64,000 nt of DNA. It comes from Candidatus Omnitrophota bacterium (GTDB lineage Bacteria; Omnitrophota; Gorgyraeia; Gygaellales; Profunditerraquicolaceae). The translations under genes were made by a program, and so were the position numbers. Position 1 is the stretch's first letter, and every line of letters starts with the position of its first letter. The stretch lies in NCBI GenBank assembly GCA_041649115.1, contig JBAZNT010000004.1, forward strand, positions 23,466 to 87,465, in the 5' to 3' direction. The notes beneath the pieces were generated by a model. That model worked only from the letters and a program-made list of their open reading frames with translations, ran no database searches and was not told the DNA's origin. Positions 1 through 12,000 of this stretch are shown piece after piece.

Positions 1-56
1 CCAAGAACAACCTTCTGGAAAGCCACATCAGGTTCCTTGCCTCCAATGATATCGGA

Positions 57-3000
57 TTGGCAGCGGATGAGGAATTTATGGAGCAGCTTAGTATTGAACA
101 TCAAGGCAGAATTATAATTGTCGCCGGTCCCTCCGGGGTAGGCAAGAGCGCCCTGATTAGCAAACTTATCCATGAACATCCTGAGAGATTCGCCCACCCG
201 GTTACAATAACCACTCAACAGGGGCAGGCAGATACAGGTTTTGGAATCAAGGATAACGATAAAGAGTATATATCTCAGGAAGAATTTGTGCATTTAGTGC
301 ATAGGCAGGCTTTGTACTTATTAAATAGAGGCGACCGCTATCTATCCGGAATAAGAAGAGCCGATGTCAATGAGGCAACAGCCGCAGGCAAGGTCATATT
401 ATTAGAGGCCTCCTCCCGGGATAAGCTCGATGCCTTAAAGGCAGAATTTCCCGCTGCGCCTGTAATCTTAGTGTCTCCGATATCCTTAGAAGGCCATAAA
501 TCAATACCTGTTGCGACAAAGATACTCTTTGAGAGGTTGATAGGTAGCGTCTCCATAAACGCAGATGACTTTCAGTATTCTGAAGGAACAAAAGAGTTGA
601 TTAAGCCGGTATTGGCAGAGATTAAGCATAATCTTTTATTTGCTTCTAAAGAGAGTGCCGCCTTGAATATGTCGACTGCCCGCAAGCTGATAAAACAGGC
701 CAAAGAAGCATTATTGGATATTAAAGGCAAAGAAGACGGCTCGCCATCCGAGTTCATTAAGGCGATATTGGCGAATCTAAACCGGATTCAAATTGACCTC
801 GAATCAACGATCTGCGCCTTAAGTGAATTTATCGGATTAAATAAACAGGGGAGGCTCGCGGCAACCGTTATTAATAAGGACCAGGCCACGTTGCGCGATG
901 CCTATGCCGAATTTGAACGTCAGGTGTTTCGTTTATCTGGGATTACAACGGAAGAAAAATCCAAGGTTATCGGAGTGCTCGCTTTTGATGTGGATAAAAC
1001 GCTTGCCGAGAGAAACAGTCCTCTGGATACCCCTATGTTAAAGGTTATTACGCGCTTGATAGAGGCGTTCAACCGTTTATCCAAGAGGGCCGGCCTGGAG
1101 ATAAGATTTGCAATAATCACAGGGCAGTCGCTTGAAAAACAGAAGGAGCGCCTCGAGCCTTTATTGCACCCCGGCCTTACTATTTATGCAAATGAGGCTA
1201 CCCAAAAATATGTAGTAACGGATGATTTGGATTTCAGGGAGGATTTATCTTACAGGAAAGGCTTTGCTGACGATTCCCAGAAGAGCGCCGTAATAGAGGC
1301 AATAAGAGCCACCATTATTTATAAATTCCAAAGCGCAAACACCCCTGAGCCTATTAAGTCAGCGTTAAAGGAACTTCTGGAAGATGCGGGAGAGGCGAGC
1401 GAGGTTAAGGATGATGTTATATTGGACAGGGGGACGCAGCTCGCTTTTAAATGCGACTTAAACCAGGCACAAAGAGAGTATCTTGCTGACCACCTGCGCC
1501 AGGAGCTCAAAAAACGCGGAGTCCGCGGGTTAAACGTCAGGGTATCCGGCAAGACTACTGTTTCGGTTTACAGGTCGGGAGTCAGCAAGGCAACAGCAAT
1601 ACAGGACTTAACCGAAACCCTGGGCATCTTTCCGGAGGATATTATTTATTTCGGTGACGAATTCGGCACGGATGGCAACGACCTCCCGATCAAATTCGTT
1701 ACCGGGATAAACGTTATAAGCGTGGGGCCGAGGCAACATCTTAGCGCAGGGATATTATGGTTAGGGGAAGGAGTGAGATTCACCGCAGATATCTTAGGGA
1801 TGGTATCCGGGTTTATAGAGGAGAGCTTAGGTGAGGATGGCGCATTCAGTATGCCCGGGTTAGTGGAGTATTTGCGCGGAATTATGCCGGCTCGTATTAA
1901 TGTCGAGGAGAAAATTGAGCAGGTCCGCACCGCCATAAATGATGAACAAAGAAAATTTTTAGAGCAATTGGGCTTATTGAAGCTGGGCGAAGCTATCTCG
2001 GATACCGTCGCCTCTGCCTATTGCATCCCGGATGATTTTATAACTGTTGCTATGCGCCGCCTCCCTTATGATTATCTTGAGGAAAGCAGCCAGGATGTGC
2101 TCAGGATAGTCGTAGAGGAATGCTGGGAGGCGTACCAGCTTTACCTGAGAGGGGATGCTGCGTGGCCATTGGTGGACGTTTATAACATTTCCTCGGTGCT
2201 TTCCGAAAAACAACTTCATTATACACAGCTTATTGCTGTTTCGGCGGAGCCGGCAGACAATATTGAAAATATTTTATCCCAAGAAGCGTTGCGTTGCGGA
2301 TTATGGGAATTTTCATATCAGGGAGTTGCGTTATGCGGTATGAATATGATAGATCGCAAGAGGGGGTATGCCTTTGCAAATACCAGGCTTCAGCAGGCCT
2401 ATCGCCAGGAAGGGGTAAGAACCGCATCCAGGAGGAGCATGCTTATCCAGCATCGGAAAGAATTCTTCCAGTTTGTATTGCATGCAGCTACCCTTCAGAA
2501 TATTGAGCGCATGCTTGATTATAAGAAAGAAACGCTAAACCCTTACATCATATTGGTGCGCGATATCTTAAAGAGCTCTTTATCTGCCCCGGACCGCGTC
2601 GTGTTATCCGGCGGCTCGTTACCCGCAGGCTTGCAAAGCATGAACCCCGTTAACCTCGGGGAGGTAGCTATTTCCGGCGGGGATAAGGGTCTTGATAGCG
2701 GATTTAAATCTGACTCCTGCCCGGAAGCTTATCTTGACCGGCTCCGGCAGATTTTTGGTTTTGTTGCACATTATATTGATGGCCCGCCGTTAAAGGTTAA
2801 TGTTGTAATCGAGCCGGTTCAAGACCGCCAGCCTTCTATGCGGTATGAACTATCCACCAATACCGTTCATGTCCAGGCGTTATTATTGGCTGAGCCGGTC
2901 CCTCTTGAATACGCCCAGTTCATAATTCATCACGATTTCATTCTGCATGCTTACCGCGGACTTTCCGAAGAAGAAGCCTCGTGGGAGTCGGTATTATTCT

Positions 3001-6000
3001 TGCTTCAAAACCCGGATTTTATCGGTGTCATTTCTTCGTTCTTTGCGGCAGGTTCTCTCATAAAGATTGATACGGATGATGTTTTCTTGGCTGCCATGCT
3101 TGCCAATATCATCCCCCAGGCAAAGCGGGTTGCTGTGCTTAAGATGCTTCTTGACGATAGCTTTATATTCGGGAGTAAGTTGAGGGGCTATGTAGATGCG
3201 CATTATTTTAGATACCTTATCAGCAGGTTGAAAAACCGCCCCCTTGTTTTGGCAGGGGCGTTCGAAGAAATTATCAACGAATGGCCGGAATTAAAAGAAT
3301 ATCTGCAGATAGCCGGTCTGGGGGCTGTTAAAAAGAATTCCAAAAACGCGCCCTACCGTCTCCCCGTTCCGGCATCCAGCCGGTTCCATGGACAGGGTGT
3401 TCGTGGGGACTACCGGGAGTATTACAAGATCCTTAAAGAGAGAAAGTCGTTCTTAAGACAACTCTTGGGCCGCGCCCCGCCCAGGCACCGGATCATCATC
3501 ACTACGGATTTATCTCTTACCCGGGGTAATGTCGCTGCTTGCGGCATCGATAACCGCATCGTTTATATCCACCCGTATTTCTTCGAACTCAGCGAAGCCA
3601 AACAACTTGAGATCCTTTACCATGAGCTCATCAGCCATATAGAAAAGGGCATCCGTAGCGAAGATGCTGCGATGGCTGACACAGAGGATTTTTCTTCTTT
3701 TTGTCTTGAAAAGAAAGCGGTTTCTATTTCCGATAAGGCAATCGGCAATAACGGTTTTATCAGCCTTAAGGTATCCAGAGCCAACGGCAGGTCCGAGTCT
3801 TACCGGGTTAGGCTTGTGCCGCCTTCTGAATATGCGTTATACAGCGAAATGCTCCTATCCGTCCGTGAAGAAGAGAAAATAATCGAGCGTGAGTTTTGGG
3901 TGATGTCCGACGATGAGGACGAAAGGCGTAACCCCGCAGGCAGGATGTTCGGGCTTATGGCGGCAGAGCTGCGTTTGGCCAGCAAAAAAGCGGCAGAATC
4001 CCATGTCCTTGCCTTCTTTGCGGTTGAAGATACGGACGGGAACTTTATAGGTGCCAGGCTATTGTATAAGCTGCAGCATATTTCTGAATTGGGGCTGGAG
4101 GCTATTCAGGGGGTTGACGCCATTCGTCAGGAATTCCAGGGGCGCGGGGCAAACGGCGGCATAGGCATCGGGACGCGGCTGAGGTCTATTGCCTTTGAGT
4201 GGTTAATAAAGAATGGATATCTGCTTTGCGCCGAACTAGTGCCTTTTGACAATGAGCCCGATCTTAAAAGCCTAAAGCGGGCAGCTTGGCTGCAGGGGGC
4301 GCATTTTAATAAAACCAGCGTATATTTTGTCAAAGGCGGAGAAGGCGCTTGGTGGTATGTAGTGAGACTCACCAAATGCCCGCTTATTCATATTCTGCGG
4401 GAGCTATTAATTGCAGTTAGTTCTGTTTCAAAGCGGCTCATTTCAGGCGTTATCGGCCTCGGTTTAATCCGTCTTGCCTACCTCTCCGTGGCTGGTGGGA
4501 GGCAAGTAACAGGAACCGAGGCTATTTTAACAGAGAACTCAGGATGCGATGTGGGTCCTGGTGCCCGGACGACTTCCCCGGGAGACCTCACTGGGACCCC
4601 TCGTATCCCTGAGTTTATCAGGCATAAGACCTCTACAAAACAAAAGACCTACCCCGCCAGGCTTAGAGGAGAAATAATTAAACCTACTGCAGAAGAGTTG
4701 AATAACCTCAAGCAGTATTTCGGAAAGAATGAAGTAACATTCGTAGATAAGACTGTGACCGGCAAGATTGCCGATACCGGAACCAACCCCGGTAAAATAT
4801 CGATATTGAAAGCCCTGGCTTCCCGCGCCCCGCCGTTTAACCCGGATAATCCCTCCTCCCGGGCCTTTCAGGTATTAATCAATGACATCATCCGCCATGA
4901 AACCAAAGAACTGGAAACCGGCTCCCACCAGCTCGCCTGCCAGGCAAGCCATGAGTATTTCAGAATCCACCAGAAAGAGTTGAGTCAATTATTAGAAGCA
5001 GTCGCTTTGGCTGATATCAAATTAGATGCAGAAGAGGCAGAGTATCTTAGCGGCCAGGCAATATCAGAAAAAAAGAATAGAGAAGCCGTCTTAAGGGCAA
5101 GGGTTCTGTTTTCGTTTGACTTAACAGCAATATTATCGTTGTTAAGGGTGACGAACTTTAAGGAGTTCTTAAACGGGCTTTTAGACAATCCCCGCGTACT
5201 GGTAGTAATAAGCACCCGCGCAGGAGATACCGCCGCGGTATCCAGGAAATTATCGAGCGAGTTAACGAGGGAATTCCAGCAAGATCATGTATTGTACGCT
5301 CCAGACGGAATCAATAATAAGGCCCAGGTTCTTCTGGCTTGGATGGAGGCAAACGGGATTACCGCCGAAGATATAGTGCATATTGATGATAGGTCCGTAG
5401 AATTCATGGCTTTTGATTCTCTGCGCAGGGCATTTGGCAGAAGAGGGGCACGGATTGCATTTGTTGATATGGAAGCAGGCAGCGCCGCAGAGGCGTTTGG
5501 CGGGCTTTTGGATTTTGTTGAGTCAGCAGGGGTATCGATTACTACGCAGACTCTCGGAGGACCGCTTGCGGATGCCATAAGCGGGATGCGGGATTGGAGA
5601 GCCGAGCATATCGAGACGCTTAATAAACGCACCAGCAATCCATTTTACAGCGAACTCCAGGCAGCCGCAAAGGATATCTATCACAGGCACAAGATTTACG
5701 CGCTTGCGGCTAATGAGCGCCTTGCGTTTGTTAATGCCGTCTTTGAAGGCGAAAGATACGCGCGGGTACGCCACGCCGTTAGCGTCTTGTATCAGCGAAT
5801 CCGGGAGCAGGGTTTCTCTCCCGATTCCAGCCTCACTGCCGAGCAGTATTATATGTTGGCTAATATATTATCGGAAACGGAAAACAAATATTCTATTATA
5901 GAGAACCGTTATATCCGTTTCGGGATGAACCTTGTCTTTGATATCTGGGAACAGGAGAAGCGCATATTAGAGCAGATGCACCTGCTTGGAGAGATTAGTA

Positions 6001-9000
6001 AAGAATTAGCCGCCCCCGGCAGCGGCAATCTGCCGCTTATTGCTGCTATGCAGGACCTGCACGGCGGGGCGCGCAGGGCCATGGCGCTGGCGGGTTTTGT
6101 CATGGGTCTGCCGGCAGGGCTCTATAGTCAAGTTACAACACTGGAAGACCTCAAGGCCCTTCTGGCAGAATACGGCATTGATGTTAAAAAAAATGGCGTG
6201 CGCTTTGTAGGCCTTAGCGATAAATACGACCGTGGTAATGATCCTATTGCAGCGTTTGAATTGGTAAAGTGGCTTAGGGATGAAGGCAAGGCCAAGCCTT
6301 TTGCCGGAAACCACGATGACTGGCGCACCTGGGGGGTATTGGGGATACACCTTTTATTTGAGGGCGGTATCGATTATAAATCCCCCGATGTCAAGAACCA
6401 CCATATTGCCTATTGGTCGCGCGAGGCCTTTATGCATTCCGGATGGGGGGACATAGAGCTGGAGCAGGTTAATCAGCGCAGATTTAATCAGGCAGTGGCA
6501 GCAGTAAATAAGATTTTGTCCCTAAACGGTATTACAGAATTATCTCCGATAGACCTTTCAGCCGTGCGTGCGCGGGATGAGGCGGAGTTAAAGAGCCTTA
6601 AGAAGCAGAATGCCTTGATACGCCAGCAGAATGAATTGAATAAGGACGACCCCGCTTATGCAAGGCAGGCAGAGCTGCCTCTTCCCGATATCTTCAAGAA
6701 TACCCTCGCTTATCTGCGCGTGAAGACAGAGGAGTATAACCAGCGCATCGCTGCCTTAAATGAGACCCGTCAGCTTGACCTGCCTTTGATAGAGTTCAAG
6801 GAAGTCAATCTTGCCAATTACTGGCGCGACCAGGAGATTATCGAGCGTGCGCTTTGGGAGCTTAAGAATTTCCGTCTTTTTTATGTGGATGTCCTGGGGA
6901 ACCTGCATATGCATAATATACTGCCCATTGATTATGAGAGTCTCCGGGGCGGTTTCGCCGTTGAATATAAGGGGCTAAGAGGCCTGCCTGCCCTAGAGCT
7001 TATGGCTGAAGATATCCGCGTTTTCTTCCAGGATATGGATACTATACCGGATTCCATGGAGTTCCGCAGGAAGATGTGGGATGAATTAGGGGAGGCCTTT
7101 ACAATTATTAACAGTTGGTATTCGGATATTGATGCCCATGCCAAGGCAGTATCGGTAAAGAAGTTCGTGGAGGCAGGAGGGCTTGAGGGGCTTGGCCATG
7201 AGATCCTGGGGCATGTCGCACAGGCCTTTGTGGACAGGGAGTCTACTACCTTTGTTGTCTGGGGGCATAATGAGCGCAAGAAATTCGCAGAGAGCCAGAC
7301 CAGCCTGCCGTATATCTATCTCTATCCCGCCCTGAATAGCGGCATACTTAACATAGATTATGAGATGTCGGAAGGATATTCCGACAGGGGAGCAGTAGTT
7401 ACTTTCTTCAAGCGCGATGCCGAAGGAATGATTACCGGCTTGCGCAGGTGGGGGTATCGTGATGACTCCAAGATTATTGAAGACCTCACCTTTGAGGATA
7501 CCGGAGGCTTAAGCGCGGAGCAGCTAGAGATGCTTGCCACGCTCAGCGACGGCGAAGGGTTTATGCGTTGGTATATGGCCAAGGCCGCAGCACATATAAA
7601 CGAAGAGGCAGGACATCTCCTGTCTCTTGCTAAGCGTTCCAAGCGTCCCGATAAAGAAGCCCGTGCGAGGTCGGCCATGATAGAAGCCAAAAAGCATTTA
7701 GGAGATCATGACCCCTCTTCAAGCTCGCGTCCTCTTAGCACGGAGGAAGCGCAGGAGCTAACCGGCATAATAAGCCGCTACGAGGCGGAATTTAGCGATA
7801 GCCCGGGTGTTTTTTATACCAGCGCAAGGCGCGGGTTTTTAGCAGAGCAGTCAAAAGTAATATCCATACTTAGCGACTTAGGTTACCGCCAGCTCTCCGA
7901 GAGATTAAAAGGCGCCATTGTAATCAATGCCCCCCCGCAGCTTGCCGCTGACCTGCGCCGATTCGAAAAGGAGCACCGCCTTAAAATCTATCAGTGTAAT
8001 ACTACTTTTGATTACAGGGACTACATCATTGTCCATAGGCCCAGCCGCATTAAAAGCCGTTTAGCCCACGAAATTTCAGCACTTCAAGGAAATCCCGAAG
8101 AAGAAAATAAAAAACTGGAAGAATTTGTTTATTCTTTAAGCAGCATAGGAAAGAGGAGCCTTATCTTTGCCGATGAGCGCCGCCTGCTGAAGTTATCGGA
8201 AAGGTACCCTGATTTTGCCAGAGACGGGATGCTGGTAGGCGATCTCGCCCGTTTGATCGCCAGGGAAGCAGGGTTGCCGAAACTCTACCAGGAATTTCTC
8301 TATAAGGCGGGCATGGTACACGACCTGGGCAAGGGGCTGCCGTTGGTTGAACTTTATTACCATTCCAGCATCAGGCCAGGGCGCTTCTTTAACGGCTGGA
8401 TGGCCGTATTACATTCCCGCTTGACCATAAGCATTTTAAAGAACGACGGAATCAAGCCTATGTCCTGGGAACGGGAAGTTCTTCTGCACCACGGGTATTA
8501 TAAGAACCTGCATTTCAGCAGCGCGATAGTCAGGAGGTTGTGGGTAATCCTTGTACTCGCCGACCACACCGTTTCCAGGCATCTGAGGCGTTCCCATCGC
8601 AGGAACCAGCCGCAGGGGATCAGGTTTAATAATACCATCGCGGAATTAGAAAAATACTTTAGTCCTTCTTATGGCATTTTAGGAAAAGGCAGGGGGGTAT
8701 TGCCTGAAGAGGAAAGAGAGATACTGGACATTGTCAAATCCCTGGGAAACAACCCTGAATTTATTAAGATACTGAATTTCGCCTTAAGCGGCGAACTGTC
8801 CGTAGACGAGCTTTACGCTAATACCTCCGTTTCTTTTGCGGAATCAAAAGAGGAATTTGTTTCTTTCCTTGCAGCAACATTTGAGGAGGGGGCATTTGTT
8901 ACCGTTGAAGACATTTCACGCGAGATACCTTTATTTTTGCTATCCAGCGCAAACTCCGAATTTATGCTAGATATCCTTAGGCAGCTTTGTATAGAAAAGA

Positions 9001-12000
9001 AGGTTGCCGCGCTGGAGCTCCCCGGGGAGGGAGAGGGATATCTCCTGCTGGATTTAAAAAAGGAATCTGTCCGGCACAGCCCCCTCGCCGATAAGGCAGA
9101 AGGTTCGTGTTTTTATGCCGGGTTTGCCAGCGGCATCAAGGATATATTAGAAGGGGGGCATTTTAAGTTTCTGCCGCGCAATGTACGCAGTTATTTTTTA
9201 AAAGAAGAATATACTGCCCTTGCCCTTAATAGGAAGGCGGCAGTAGACCTTTTTATAGAGGCCTACGTCGGAATGGCCAGGCTATTTACTGAATATCGCT
9301 CGGAGGATTTATCAAAAGGGGAAATCCGGGATTACATAAATAATTTTGTAGACAGTTTTTTCTCCGAAGAAGGCCTCCGGAAAACATGGGAAGATGGGCG
9401 TTGCCGCGCGTTGGGTATCCCCAAAGAAACTCCTATGCCCGAAGAAGTCAGGAACAGCTTTTCAGAATTATCCGCTAACAAAAAATACCTCCAGGAGATA
9501 CTGTTTCAGATGGCGTTAGCGTTTTCTGATTTATCCCGCAAGATGCCCGCGACAAAAACGCTCCGCCAGAAAAAAGAGCTTATCAGCCGGCTGGAGGATG
9601 TTATGCGCCACGCCTTATTCAGGTTGTCTGCTATCCAGAGTCCCCCGGTGCCAGGCTTTTTATATAATCCGGACGACCCCTTTTACTCCAAGATGATAAG
9701 TTTTTACAGCCATATCTTCGCAATAGTCTTTGAGCCGTCCTATGCCAGTAAGCCTACCTTGATGCTATATCTGGATGCCGAATTAAAAAGGCAGGCGCTT
9801 TTCGGGAGCAGGGATTTTTATAAAAGCGACAAAGACCGAGCCAATGCAGGCGCTTTAAATGCATTTCCGGGCTTCTACAATGCCTTTGCCGCTATCTTGG
9901 GTTGGGATATTCCCCGGGAAGATAGCGCAAGAGAAGATTTAAGCGCAAGCCAGATGGGCAAATATATCAGGGAGGCAGAAGCCGAGGCCGAATCTGCGGC
10001 GGAAGAATATCTCCGTTACGGGGTTCTGCCTTCGGGGATGGCGGGGCTCTGGCAGGATTATAAATATAATCTTATGATAGACGAAAAAGAGGAACCCGGA
10101 TTGCTAAAGAGGCTTTTATTGTTACGCAGCGCACTGGAAAAGATATCTTTAATCTGTGCGGCAGCGAATGCCATGGACTTCGGGGATAAGAAATTTCAGG
10201 AAATCAGCGCTATGAGCGGCTTTAAGGAGGAACAGTGGCTTTGCGCTCAACTTGAGATCGAGAAGAATAACGGCTTAGAGGTTAATCATATTGATAAGTT
10301 TTTTGAGATATTGGCAGGGGCGATGCTGGAATGGGAGAAGAAAAAGAGGCACGGGCAGCTAAATTCTGACAAGGGGCGGCCCAAGGCAATTATCCTTACT
10401 GACAATGCCGGAGAGACGGTATTGGCGATGCTTTTAGTGCAGTTCCTGCTGGATTTGGGATTTAACGTGGTAATCGCCAGCCGCGATACCCCGGTGATTA
10501 ACGATATGACCGCAGAGGACAGCTCGAGCATGTTAAGGATGTTCAGGCGCAAAGGTTATTTTAGGGACTACAGCAGCGAGCGTCTAAAAGTTATCTCTTC
10601 CGGTTCGCGCATCTTTGCTACGCCCATAACGCAACTGAGCTCCGCTTTTGAATTGGAATACAGATCGGCCGATACGGCTTTTGTGATTGCCATGGGGCAA
10701 GGAAATGCCGAAAGCCTCTGGCAGGCAAAATGGGATAAGCCTTTCATACATATCCTCTATGCCAAGAACCCGGAGAAGATAGAAGAGATCTCCACTTCTC
10801 TTGCTAAACGCGCAAGCCTGTTATTGGTGAATATGCCGGGCCCCCCTCAGGAGAACAAGAGGCTTTGCCTGCAGGACGCCCCTGAATTACTCGCGGCACT
10901 ATATGCCTTAGGAGGCATTCAGGTTATCCATGAAGAAAAGATATATATTATTACTGAGGAGTTTAACCCTGAAGAGATGGTTGCGGAATTCGCCTCCTGT
11001 TTTAAGGGCAAAGGAATCATTCTTGACGCTTCAGACGGGACGATTTACTTAGGTAAAGTAGAGATAGGCGAAGGGGTAAGCATTAAAGGCACCGGGCAGA
11101 CCGTCCTCAGGGGCGGGGTGATAGTTAACCCTGGAGCCAGTATTGAGAATTCCAGGATTGAGATCCCCGCCATAATCAAGAAGGACGAGAAAGTCGTAGA
11201 TAGGCACTTCGTGATTACAGAGCCGGGGGTCATAACCCGCCTGCGCCGCGAAAAGGTCTATATCAATGGTAAAATTATAGAGCATGATACGGGGGATGCC
11301 ATCAAGATAGGAAAAGGCAAGAGCGAGATAGAGGTGCTTAAGAACCCCGTTCCCTCAAGGCTATGCGCCTTATCATTGAATAAGCCCCTTGCCACTGCTT
11401 TAAGCAAGAAGGGGGTAGAGATAATTGGTGACATGGCCACGATTTTTGTATCTGACCAGGCCAGGATAGAACCCGGAGTAACCCTGCGCGCGCATGTTAT
11501 TATCGCCGGAGAAACGGCGGTCGGAATCGGGGCAGACATCGGGCCGGAGGTGCGCCTGGATAACTGTTATGTCGGCAATAGAGTTAAATTGACTAATCTG
11601 ACGGCGATAGACTGTGTTTTTCACCCAGGGGTCGAAATAAATGGAGTTAAGTCTCTCTCCGGCGAGGAGGCCTATCCTTATCCTCGCCAGTCTATTCCCG
11701 AGGGCATGAGTTTAACGGGCGTTATCGTTGACCCTGAGCTAGTAAAAGGCGTCAGCGGAATTACGGCGCTTAGATTTAAAAGCAAGACCAAGAGCCGCAG
11801 TTATAGTCTTATCCCGGGGGCAAAGGTAGACCCGCAGTTAAGCCTTGCAGAAATAAAAGTTTCTTACCCTGAGCTCTTGGAGTCTCTTAAGAGGCAGTCC
11901 GAGGAGAGTATTTCCGTTGCCAGTAAATCCTTCCGCGACGATAAACAAATCACCGCTACCCACCTGAGAAAGATTAATGAGACAATAGAGCTGATTTTGA

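Noticed and set aside
1-101. Minus-strand reading frame (MFNTKLLHKFLIRCQSDIIGGKEPDVAFQKVVLG...) running off the left edge
   Set aside because: It is the codon-phased antisense of the giant ORF frame and would overlap the P-loop domain start. There is no independent support. Whether nt 1-56 is coding at all cannot be settled without upstream sequence.
4375-4500. Hydrophobic stretch LIHILRELLIAVSSVSKRLISGVIGLGLIRLAYLSVAGG considered as a transmembrane helix
   Set aside because: It contains several charged residues. A single TM here would place the HD, DUF89 and phosphatase domains outside the cell and the CE4 domains inside. It is left unassigned pending a real topology prediction.
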